Assembly: GCA_965216835.1 (NCBI GenBank)
Contig: OZ244210.1
Span: 237,907-301,906, forward strand
Length of the DNA stretch: 64,000 nucleotides
Source of the DNA: a bacterium
Lineage (GTDB): Bacteria > ARS69
Direction: 5' to 3'
Part shown: positions 18,327 to 26,439 of the stretch, piece by piece
Numbering within the stretch: the stretch's first letter is position 1
Layout: each line of letters starts with the position of its first letter
Translations under genes and position numbers: made by a program
The notes under the pieces: generated by a model
What the model saw: the letters and a program-made list of their open reading frames with translations, nothing else
Told to the model about the DNA's origin: nothing
The model's database searches: none

Positions 18327-21257
18327 ATGATATTCGTTTGTCATAGGCGCTCGGACGCTGATCCGTTTGTGGACCGTCTGGCGAGCGCGTTGGAGGGGCG
18401 ATTCGGGCATGAGGCTTCGTTCGCCGACATCAGGCACCTTCAACCCGGCGACCAGTGGGCTGAGGAACTGGATCAAGCGCTCGCGATCGCAAAGGTCGTG
18501 CTTGTAGTCATCGGCACGAAGTGGGACCAACTGCGCTTCCACGACGGTCGGTATCGGGGGTTCCCTCGACTGCACGACCCGTCCGACGTCGTCCGAAGAG
18601 AGATACTTGCATCTCTGGCGAGAGGCCGCGACGTCCGCCTTGTTCCAGTGCTGGTCGATAGGGACGTCCTGCCGAACCGGGACTGGTTGAAGAATTTTGG
18701 CCTCCAAGATCTTCACAGATTTCAGGCGATTTTCGTCCGGTCTGAGTCGCTTGATAGCGATATCGAGTATCTGCTTGAGGAACTGGGTCGGATCAACGGG
18801 CCGGCTGCGACGCCCAGCCGGGCACAGCAGGATTCTCCAAAGGTCTGGATTCCTCACGCTGGACATGTCCTTCAGCGCGCGCCGCATTTTGAAGGACGGT
18901 ATGATCTGAGAAAGGAGCTCACGCAGTGGGCGATGTCGACGGCCACGAGTTGCAGAGTGCACGGCATCGTGGCTCCAGGGGGAACCGGAAAGACCGCGGT
19001 CGTCGAGTGGGTGCTCAGACAGGTTGCAGTCAACCCCGCCGCGGGCGTCTTCGTCTGGTCGTTCTACGCAAGTCAGCACACAGAGGCCTTCATTCGGTCC
19101 GCGATCGAGTACTTCGGTGAGGGGTCTGTCGACGGTTCGGCCCCACCGACTCTTGAGATGCTCCAGACACTGTTGTCAGGCCACCATCCGCACCTACTCA
19201 TCCTGGACGGCATGGAACTGGTCCAAGCAGAGCGTCCCGGTCGTGTGCACGGCTCGTTTCAGGATTCTCTCCTAAGGCGACTCCTGCGTTGGATCGCAGC
19301 CGGGATCGGGACTGGCTCGCGAGCCCTTATCACAACTAGGTTTCCGCTTGTTGACTTGGGTGATTGGCTCGGCACAAGTGTCAAAGAGATCAGGCTCGAG
19401 GATATCTCGGTCCGGGTGGGGATCCAAGTGCTTCGGGCCTGGGGCGTCATCGGTACCGAGAGCGAACTCCGGGAGGTTCTAGTGCCGCTACAGGACCCTA
19501 GGACCGATAGAGTCCATGCGCTCACAACGGCTGTGATCGGATCGTATGTGGGCAAGATGTGGGGAGGAGACCCGAGTAAGGCGCCGACGCTCAGTAAGGG
19601 TTTTCTGGCTCAGGACACTCAGGGCAACAAGCTCACGAAAGTACTGACAAGCTACGCGGACGCACTGAGCCCGTTGGATCGCGACATACTGTCGCGTCTC
19701 TCGATGTTCCCACATGGCATTGGAGTTCGCCTGCTCGAGCAGCTGGCCAAGAGTGGGGGCGAAGTGGCAGGCTCGTTGGTCGGTGCTGACTCGCTCCAGC
19801 TCCGAGATGCGCTGGCCAAACTCCGACACCTCGGTCTGGTCTTTCAAGCCGGCACTGCGACAGACTCCACCTACACAGCTCATCCTTTTCTCCGCTACTA
19901 CTTCTCTCAGATCCACGGTTTGGAGGATCCGACCAGCGTGCCTGAAGAGGTCCGAAGACTCATGGCCCTCGAACTGGATAGGCGTCCAAGTACTCGGCCG
20001 TGGAGCAGCGAAGAGCTGGACCGGTACGAATCGCTGATCGAGGCGACACTACTGGCCGGAGACATTGGCGGCGCCTATCAGCTCTACGCATCACGATTGG
20101 GAGGATTTCGACATGTCGGATGGAAGCTGGGAGCGTATTCACGCGGAGACCGGGTCGCGTCTAGGATCCAGGAAGCAAATGAGGGCAGCCACCCGGGGAA
20201 GGGACTGGGGGCAGGGGAGGAGGCACAACTCCTCGAGGACTGCGGGGCGTTCTCGGCTGAACTGGGGAACCTATCGCGCGCGCTGGAGCTCTTCGAGCTC
20301 CAGCGAACGAGGGCGGAGGACAACGGGATTCCTAGAGCGCTCAGGCGCGGCAGCCTGAATGTGTGCGACGTCCTTGCCCAGCGTGGGGAGTGGGCGAGCC
20401 TGCAGGACATCGCCCGGAGTGTGATGGCGAGATCGGCGTCGTCGGATGCAAGAGACGACAGGGAGATCGCACTTGTCTCGCTCGGTAGCTCTTGGTTCTG
20501 GATGGGTGAAGTTGCTCGAGCGGATGACTTGTTTGAGGAGGCGGAGGCGATTGAGGAACGAGAACTCTACTCTCGGCGCGGCGTCGCTCTCCTGGATTCG
20601 CTGCTGGCGACGGGCCATTGGGATATTGCGGAAGCGCGATGCAAGGCCAATCTAGAATACTGCAAGGAGCGAGGGTGGCTTGATGACGTAGCATTGTGCG
20701 AGTCCGTCATGGGTTGGTGTACCCTAAGGCGGGACGCAGTGACGGCGAGCACGCACCTGGGACTGGCGCGCCAGTACGCGAATCGCACCGGCCACACCGA
20801 GACCTCTTTGCGTTGCTATCAACTCGCTAGCGCTGTCGCTAGGCAAGGGGTTCGTTTGAAGGACGCCGTGTTTGAGGGTCGCAACGGGATCGAGTTGGCT
20901 AAGTCGTGCGGCATGCACAGGTGGGAGTTGGCTCTTCGATTGGAACTAGCAAGGACGTATCGAACGTTGGGGAAGTTCGAGGAAGGCGTTGAGGAAGGCC
21001 TTTTCGTTCAAAGCGCGGCGGAAGATCCAGCGGCAGGCGACTGTTGGATGTCCCTCATCGCGCTGCACTTGGTCGGATCGTGCAACGTGGAGATGGGCCG
21101 CACGATGGAGGGGGAGCGACAGAGGAATCTCGCGATCGCCAGACTTAAGCAGATCCTCCCAAAGGGAGCACTTGAGCGTCGACGGCGCAAGTTTGGCGGC
21201 AGCGCGAATCGGGACCATGGATCAGATATCGGACTGCTGGAGCTGCTCGGAGAGTAG
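18327..21257 (+). CDS. TIR - NB-ARC (STAND NTPase) - TPR protein; candidate antiphage/NLR-like sensor-effector
   Basis: TIR-like N-terminus: 'MIFVCHRRSD', 'PGDQW', 'SDVVRREILASL...VRLVPVLVD'. NB-ARC: 'FEGRYDLRKEL', P-loop 'APGGTGKTA' (18972-18998), Walker B 'HLLILDGME' and 'GSRALITTRF'. The C-terminus is ~450 aa of TPR-like helical repeats. GC is markedly lower than in the flanks. Confidence 0.8.
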   Translation: MIFVCHRRSDADPFVDRLASALEGRFGHEASFADIRHLQPGDQWAEELDQALAIAKVVLVVIGTKWDQLRFHDGRYRGFPRLHDPSDVVRREILASLARGRDVRLVPVLVDRDVLPNRDWLKNFGLQDLHRFQAIFVRSESLDSDIEYLLEELGRINGPAATPSRAQQDSPKVWIPHAGHVLQRAPHFEGRYDLRKELTQWAMSTATSCRVHGIVAPGGTGKTAVVEWVLRQVAVNPAAGVFVWSFYASQHTEAFIRSAIEYFGEGSVDGSAPPTLEMLQTLLSGHHPHLLILDGMELVQAERPGRVHGSFQDSLLRRLLRWIAAGIGTGSRALITTRFPLVDLGDWLGTSVKEIRLEDISVRVGIQVLRAWGVIGTESELREVLVPLQDPRTDRVHALTTAVIGSYVGKMWGGDPSKAPTLSKGFLAQDTQGNKLTKVLTSYADALSPLDRDILSRLSMFPHGIGVRLLEQLAKSGGEVAGSLVGADSLQLRDALAKLRHLGLVFQAGTATDSTYTAHPFLRYYFSQIHGLEDPTSVPEEVRRLMALELDRRPSTRPWSSEELDRYESLIEATLLAGDIGGAYQLYASRLGGFRHVGWKLGAYSRGDRVASRIQEANEGSHPGKGLGAGEEAQLLEDCGAFSAELGNLSRALELFELQRTRAEDNGIPRALRRGSLNVCDVLAQRGEWASLQDIARSVMARSASSDARDDREIALVSLGSSWFWMGEVARADDLFEEAEAIEERELYSRRGVALLDSLLATGHWDIAEARCKANLEYCKERGWLDDVALCESVMGWCTLRRDAVTASTHLGLARQYANRTGHTETSLRCYQLASAVARQGVRLKDAVFEGRNGIELAKSCGMHRWELALRLELARTYRTLGKFEEGVEEGLFVQSAAEDPAAGDCWMSLIALHLVGSCNVEMGRTMEGERQRNLAIARLKQILPKGALERRRRKFGGSANRDHGSDIGLLELLGE

Positions 21258-21266
21258 CGGTGGACG

Positions 21267-22343
21267 TCACCAGCTCTCCGGCAGCTCCACCACCCACGCC
21301 ACCTGAGGATCCACCTTCCGCCGCGACACGCGCTCGTCGAACACGAGGACGACGCTTCGACCCTCCTCGAACCAGTCCATCCCTTCCCAGTTCTCGTGGC
21401 GGATCACTTCCGGAAGGACGTCGTCGAGATCGAGCGGCTCGCCCACCGGCGTTCCGTCGACGCGGAAGCGCTGCAGCCACTTGTAGCACCAGCGCAGCGG
21501 CTTGCCGGCGATCTCCTTGGGACAGAGCTCGGCGGGACCGGGCGTGCTGAGGGCCTCGTAGCCGGAGCTGAGCAGCACCAGGAATCCCCACTCGTCCCCG
21601 TCCAGGCGATGCCACACGAGGTCCGGCGCTCGGAACCGCTGCGCCGACGGCTCCACGCCCGGCGGCACCGGTACCTGCAGCTCCACGTCCACGGCGGCCT
21701 GATCCGGATCAAGGCCGATGCCGCGTTCGCCGGGGGCGATGTCGTGGACGATGACCCGCGGCTTCAGCGCGTGGCCGTCGAGGAACGCTCGCGCTCCGGT
21801 GGGCGTCGACGGTCCGACGGGGTAGCCGCCCTCCCACAGCACCGCCACGCGCGACGTGCCGCCCGGCATCGGGCGGGCGGCCAGGCCCTCGGCACCGCGC
21901 CCGCCCAGTTCCGCGAACCCGGAACCGTAGACCGCCACGAGTCCCTCGGCATCCACGAGCGCGCCGAGCCGCTCGGACAGCAGCACGACGCGCCCGTCCG
22001 TCAGCACCTCGATCGACTCCAGATCCATGGCGTAGTCGCCGGCCGGGATGCGATGTCGCGTGAGTCGCGACTTGCCCAGCGGGATGCGCCCCGGCGGATC
22101 GTCGCCGGCCGGGGCCGGATCGTCCGGCGAGAGCTCCGCCGTGTAGTACGTTCCGGGTTCGTGGTCGCCGACGATGAGCAGTCGATCGCCGTCCCGCACC
22201 ACCCCCGACGCCTCCTCGATGCCGATGAACTGCTGATCGGCTCCGGCCGTCAGGTGGGCGGCGGGGGGAGAAGGAGCGGGCGAGCAGGACGACAGGATCC
22301 CCAGGCCCAGCAGCATCGCGCCCCGGTCGATCCGGATGGTCAC
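21267..22343 (-). CDS. Hypothetical lipoprotein (possibly phytase-like/DUF3616-type beta-propeller)
   Basis: The start is either the GTG at 22343 (GTGA overlap with the upstream stop) or the ATG at 22316. The lipobox is 'LGLGILSSC'. The rest is a beta-rich sequence with host codon bias. The remainder of the 701-aa track ORF is a shadow of glpK. Confidence 0.55.
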   Translation of the reverse strand: MTIRIDRGAMLLGLGILSSCSPAPSPPAAHLTAGADQQFIGIEEASGVVRDGDRLLIVGDHEPGTYYTAELSPDDPAPAGDDPPGRIPLGKSRLTRHRIPAGDYAMDLESIEVLTDGRVVLLSERLGALVDAEGLVAVYGSGFAELGGRGAEGLAARPMPGGTSRVAVLWEGGYPVGPSTPTGARAFLDGHALKPRVIVHDIAPGERGIGLDPDQAAVDVELQVPVPPGVEPSAQRFRAPDLVWHRLDGDEWGFLVLLSSGYEALSTPGPAELCPKEIAGKPLRWCYKWLQRFRVDGTPVGEPLDLDDVLPEVIRHENWEGMDWFEEGRSVVLVFDERVSRRKVDPQVAWVVELPESW

Positions 22344-22645
22344 GATCCCCACACCAGGATGCCGGCCGTCACCGCGCTGAGCGCCAGCAGCAGGCCCGGC
22401 CGGGCCACCTTCGTCCGGTTCAGGATCCCGCGCGAGAGCGTCCAGCCGAAGAAGAGGATCGCGATCGTGGCACCGAGCAGCGCCAGCCCGCGACCGTCGA
22501 CGGTGCCGGAGAGCATGAGCGCACCGCCGAGCAGCGCGAGGCCGCCGATCACGCCGCCGCCGATCAGCGACGGCACGCTGCCGGCCTTCCGGTATCCCAT
22601 CACGCCGCCGGCCAGCATCACGGCGCCGTACAGCAGGGCGGTCAT
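22340..22645 (-). CDS. TMEM14/UPF0136 family small membrane protein
   Basis: 'MTALLYGAVMLAGGVMGYRKAGSVPSLIGGGVIG' matches the TMEM14 'GG.MGY.KAGS.PSL' signature. Four hydrophobic helices are visible in a 101-aa product. Confidence 0.75.
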   Translation of the reverse strand: MTALLYGAVMLAGGVMGYRKAGSVPSLIGGGVIGGLALLGGALMLSGTVDGRGLALLGATIAILFFGWTLSRGILNRTKVARPGLLLALSAVTAGILVWGS

Positions 22646-22793
22646 GGCCAGTCCGGTCACGGGGCTCCTCCGACCTGGGGCAAGGGAAGGGTCGGCGGCG
22701 ACGATCGGCCGACCCGTCGCGGATTCTATCGCCCCGGGGGAAGCGGCGCAGGCGTTTTCGTGCGATGCTCCCGCCCTCACGCAGGAGGGAAGC

Positions 22794-24242
22794 ATGCGCG
22801 TGCTCGCCGTCGATCAGGGGACCACCGGCACCACCGCCGCCATCTTCGACCGCGAGGGGCGGCAGGTGGCGAAGGCCTACCGCGAGTTCACCCAGCACTA
22901 CCCGAAACCGGGCTGGGTGGAGCACGACGCGGAGGAGATCTGGCGAACCGTCGTGGAGACGGTGGAGGAGCTCCTGGAAGCGTCGCCGGGGCCCGTGGCC
23001 GCGGTGGGCCTGACGAACCAGCGCGAGACGACGATCCTCTGGGACCGCGAGACGGGGAAGCCGGTGCACCGGGCGATCGTCTGGCAGTGCCGGCGGACGA
23101 AGGAGCTCTGCGAGGCGCTGGCCCCGCACGCCGATCTCTTCCGACATCGCACCGGTCTGCCGCTGGACGCGTACTTCTCCGGCACGAAGATCCGCTGGCT
23201 GCTGGACCACGTCGACGTGGATCCCGCCCGGCTCGCGTTCGGGACGGTGGACTGCTGGCTCGTATGGAAGCTCACCGGCGGCGCCGTCCATGCCACGGAT
23301 CCCACGAACGCGTGCCGCACGCTTCTCTACGACATCCGCGATCTCTCGTGGTCGGAGGAGCTGGCCGGACACCTCGGCGTTCCCACGTCGATCCTTCCGG
23401 AGGTCCGTCCGTCCATCGGCGACTTCGGAACGGTGAGCACGATTCCCGCGCTGGAGGGGGTGCCGATCGCCGGCATCGCGGGCGATCAGCAGGCCGCGCT
23501 GTTCGGGCAGACCTGCTTCGACGCCGGCTCCATGAAGAACACGTACGGCACCGGCTGCTTCGCGCTGCTGAACACGGGGCAGGAGATCATCGACTCGTCC
23601 GAGGGGCTGCTCACGACGGTGGCGGTCGCCGGCGACGGTTCGCCGTGCTGGGCGCTGGAGGGATCGGTGTTCATCGCCGGTGCCGCCGTGCAGTGGCTCC
23701 GCGACGAGCTAGGTCTCATCGAGCACGCGGCGGAGACGGAAGCCGCGGCGCGCGCCGTGGACGACGCCGGCGGCGTGTACCTCGTGCCGGCGTTCGTCGG
23801 GCTGGGCGCGCCTTACTGGGACATGGACGCGCGCGGCGCGCTCGTGGGCCTCACGCGCGGCAGCCACCGCAACCACGTGATCCGGGCCACGCTGGAGTCG
23901 ATGGCGTACCAGACCGCCGACGTGATGCACGTGATGGAGAAGGAGGCCGGCGTGACGCCGGATCGGCTCTCGGTGGACGGCGGGGCCGCGGCCAACGACT
24001 TCCTGCTGCAGTTCCAGGCCGACGTGCTGGGCGTGCCCGTGGTGCGCCCCGCCATCCTTGAGGCGACGGCCCAGGGTGCGGCCTACCTGGCCGGACTGGG
24101 CGCGGGCGTCTGGAAGGACGCGGCGGAGCTGTCCGCGAAGCATCGCGTGGAAGCGGAGTTCACGCCGGACGGCAACGAGACGCTGCGCGCCGAGCGACTG
24201 GAGGGCTGGGCGCGCGCGGTGCGGCAGGCGCGGACGCGGTAG
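22794..24242 (+). CDS. glpK: Glycerol kinase
   Basis: 'MRVLAVDQGTTGTTAAIFDREG', 'YPKPGWVEHDAEEIW', 'GLTNQRETTILWDRETGKP', 'AIVWQCRRT', 'NTYGTGCF' and 'VDGGAAANDFLLQFQADVLG' are present. An AGGAGGGA Shine-Dalgarno sequence lies at 22783-22790. Confidence 0.95.
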   Translation: MRVLAVDQGTTGTTAAIFDREGRQVAKAYREFTQHYPKPGWVEHDAEEIWRTVVETVEELLEASPGPVAAVGLTNQRETTILWDRETGKPVHRAIVWQCRRTKELCEALAPHADLFRHRTGLPLDAYFSGTKIRWLLDHVDVDPARLAFGTVDCWLVWKLTGGAVHATDPTNACRTLLYDIRDLSWSEELAGHLGVPTSILPEVRPSIGDFGTVSTIPALEGVPIAGIAGDQQAALFGQTCFDAGSMKNTYGTGCFALLNTGQEIIDSSEGLLTTVAVAGDGSPCWALEGSVFIAGAAVQWLRDELGLIEHAAETEAAARAVDDAGGVYLVPAFVGLGAPYWDMDARGALVGLTRGSHRNHVIRATLESMAYQTADVMHVMEKEAGVTPDRLSVDGGAAANDFLLQFQADVLGVPVVRPAILEATAQGAAYLAGLGAGVWKDAAELSAKHRVEAEFTPDGNETLRAERLEGWARAVRQARTR

Positions 24243-24288
24243 CGATGAGCCGTCGCCCGGACCGACCCCGTTCCCGGACCACGGTCCG

Positions 24289-25317
24289 ATGCTGACCCTC
24301 GAGGAGATCCTGGCCGCGGCCGGCGATGATGCGCCGTCCGGCGAGTCGCTGGGCCGCTCGCGCGAGGGGCGCGAGATCGTCGGCCACCGGTTCGGCGCGG
24401 GGAGCCATCGCGTGAGCCTGATCGCCGGCTGTCACGCGGACGAACCGACCGGTCCGCGGCTGCTGCGCGCGCTGGTCCGGGCGCTGGCGGGCCTTCCGGC
24501 CGCGCACGGCGCCCGGGCCGATGTGTCCTGGTGGATCGTCCCGCATGTGAACCCCGACGGCGAGGCGCGCAACGCCGCGTGGCAGCGCTCCGGCGCGGCG
24601 GCCCCGGATCTCGTCGACTTCCTGCGCCACTCCGAACGCGAACCGCCGGGCGACGACGTGGAGTTCGGCTTCCCGCGGGACGACGCGGACGACGGCGCCC
24701 GTCCGGAAACCGTCGCCGTGCGCGAGTTCTGGAAGCGCGCGGGGGGGCCGTTCCACCTGCACGCCTCGCTGCACGGGATGTCGATCGCCGGGGGCGCGTA
24801 CTTCCTCCTCGATCGCACGTGGATCGACCGGACGGAGGAGCTGCGCGAGCGATGTGTCGCCGCAGTCCGCGAGCTGGGCTACCCACTCCACGACGTCGAC
24901 CGGGGCGGGGAGAAGGGCTTCACGCGGATCGCGCCCGGCTTCTGCACGCGTCCCGACTCCCGCGCCATGGCGGGCCACTTCGAACGGCTCGGCGACGCCG
25001 CCACCGCCGCGCTCTTCCGGCCGTCGTCCATGGAGGCGATCCGCGCACTCGGCGGCGACACGCTCACCCTGGCCTCGGAGATGCCGCAGTTCCTCGTCCC
25101 CGACCTCGGCGGCGATGCGGCGGCCTCGTCCGGGAAGATGACCGCCTGGCGGGACCGGCTCTCGGTCTGGCGGGCGAAGGTCGATCGGCCGGGTGGCGAC
25201 GCGGAGGTCCGGTCGGAAGCGAAGTCGGCCGGCGTGCGGGCGATGCCCATCGTCGACCAGATGCGGCTCCAGTGGGCGATGGTGCTCGCGGGACTGGACG
25301 CCTCGCGCCTCCCTTGA
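24289..25317 (+). CDS. M14-family zinc carboxypeptidase-like protein
   Basis: 'IAGCHADEPTG' (HxxE zinc motif) and 'WWIVPHVNPDGEARN' are present. The start is the ATG at 24289 (MLTLEEIL). Confidence 0.65.
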   Translation: MLTLEEILAAAGDDAPSGESLGRSREGREIVGHRFGAGSHRVSLIAGCHADEPTGPRLLRALVRALAGLPAAHGARADVSWWIVPHVNPDGEARNAAWQRSGAAAPDLVDFLRHSEREPPGDDVEFGFPRDDADDGARPETVAVREFWKRAGGPFHLHASLHGMSIAGGAYFLLDRTWIDRTEELRERCVAAVRELGYPLHDVDRGGEKGFTRIAPGFCTRPDSRAMAGHFERLGDAATAALFRPSSMEAIRALGGDTLTLASEMPQFLVPDLGGDAAASSGKMTAWRDRLSVWRAKVDRPGGDAEVRSEAKSAGVRAMPIVDQMRLQWAMVLAGLDASRLP

Positions 25318-25345
25318 CCCGTTTGGCGCGTGTCCTGGGACCTTG

Positions 25346-25374
25346 TTGCAATCAGCGGGGATTCGCGACATTGT
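25346..25374 (+). promoter_or_regulatory. Weak sigma70-like promoter candidate upstream of the stand-alone TIR gene
   Basis: TTGCAA (25346-25351), a 17-nt spacer, then CATTGT (25369-25374), about 58 nt upstream of the GTG at 25432. This is a motif match only, and promoter consensus in this lineage is unknown. Confidence 0.2.
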
Positions 25375-25431
25375 GACCGGTTCGACCCGGAAGCTCGGCT
25401 ACGCGTGGACACCAAGAAGAAGGGCATCGTC

Positions 25432-26376
25432 GTGAAGGTCTTTATCAGCTGGTCGGGCAAGGACGGGCAGAGGCTTGCCGAGATCCTGCGGCGGACCATT
25501 CCCTCGGTCATTCAATCGGCCCAACCATGGGTATCGGCGGAGGACATCGGCGCAGGTCGCGCTTGGAACGATGACCTCAGGCAGGCCATGGAGGACGCCG
25601 ACGCCGCGATCATCTGCGTGACCCATGCCAAGGAGTCCCAGTGGCAGATGTTCGAGGCGGGCGCGTTGATGTGCGGCTCGGGGCGACGCCCGGTGATTCC
25701 GCTGGTTCTCAAGGGCAAGCTCAAGTCTCTCCCTCCTCCGCTGAGGCAGTTCCAGGTCGTTCGCTGCGACCGTAGAGGACTCCTCGAGCTCTTCAAGGGC
25801 TTGAACAAGAGACGAGTGCCGCAGCCGATCGCTGAGACCGTGCTGTACCGGATGTTCCAGGCGGAGTGGCCGTTTCTTTGGGAAGCCCTGCACAAGCTGC
25901 GGGGCGGGTTCGATACGAGAGAGGCACCGCTGGCTGCCGTTCATCCCTACTCAGGGAACTGGTGCTTCCGTGGAACGTGTCGGGTGCCGGAAGGACAATC
26001 CGCGCAAGAAGTGGAGTCCGTAACGTGGAGTGGTGATCTGGACCTCTTTGTGAGCGCGAGTCGGGCGCTCTTTTCCGGAACTCTTCACAGTGAACTCCGC
26101 CTCGAAGGCGGAGAGACTCCGGGCACGGTCTACACCGCGGCCCGCCTCAGGACCTTGAAGATGACGGCCGGCCAGGTCACTCTCGAGTTCGACCAACGTC
26201 TGGCGGACTGGCTGTCGGCGGCCCCGGCCGGGGAGCGCGCGGAGGGAGTCGTGCAGCGCATCCAACTCGAGCTCAAACCTCGGCCCGAAGACTACTTGAC
26301 CCGACTGTCGGGGACCTTTTCCCTCGAAGGGACTCTCGGAGTCTACGAAGGGAAGGTTCGGTTCCGAAAGGCGTGA
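25432..26376 (+). CDS. Stand-alone TIR-domain protein with unassigned ~170 aa C-terminal domain
   Basis: 'KVFISWSGKDGQRLAEILRRTIPSVIQSAQPWVSAEDIGAGRAW...AAIICVTHAKESQWQMFEAGAL' is the bacterial TIR_2-type signature (FISWSG ... W..FEAG). The GTG at 25432 is preceded by the purine-rich AAGAAGAAGGG. The ATG at 25330 is an alternative start. GC is lower than in the flanks. Confidence 0.75.
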   Translation: MKVFISWSGKDGQRLAEILRRTIPSVIQSAQPWVSAEDIGAGRAWNDDLRQAMEDADAAIICVTHAKESQWQMFEAGALMCGSGRRPVIPLVLKGKLKSLPPPLRQFQVVRCDRRGLLELFKGLNKRRVPQPIAETVLYRMFQAEWPFLWEALHKLRGGFDTREAPLAAVHPYSGNWCFRGTCRVPEGQSAQEVESVTWSGDLDLFVSASRALFSGTLHSELRLEGGETPGTVYTAARLRTLKMTAGQVTLEFDQRLADWLSAAPAGERAEGVVQRIQLELKPRPEDYLTRLSGTFSLEGTLGVYEGKVRFRKA

Positions 26377-26439
26377 CGAGCTGCCGTTGCTCCTGCAAAC
26401 TTGGAGCCCGGCATGGCTTCGGGCGGTTGAGCGAGAGAC

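Noticed and set aside
18237-19079. A 280-aa ORF antisense to the 5' part of the TIR-STAND gene. It might have been a partner or antitoxin gene.
   Set aside because: It is fully embedded antisense in a frame with strong TIR and P-loop motifs. It has no recognisable motif, start context or Shine-Dalgarno sequence, and it would run into the upstream GerMN gene.
25330-25431. The ATG at 25330 as the start of the stand-alone TIR protein.
   Set aside because: Bacterial TIR_2 proteins normally begin right at the 'KVFISWSG' strand. The GTG at 25432 has a purine-rich Shine-Dalgarno-like stretch upstream. The extension starts only 13 nt after the M14 stop and has no motif. This is retained as a possible alternative start.
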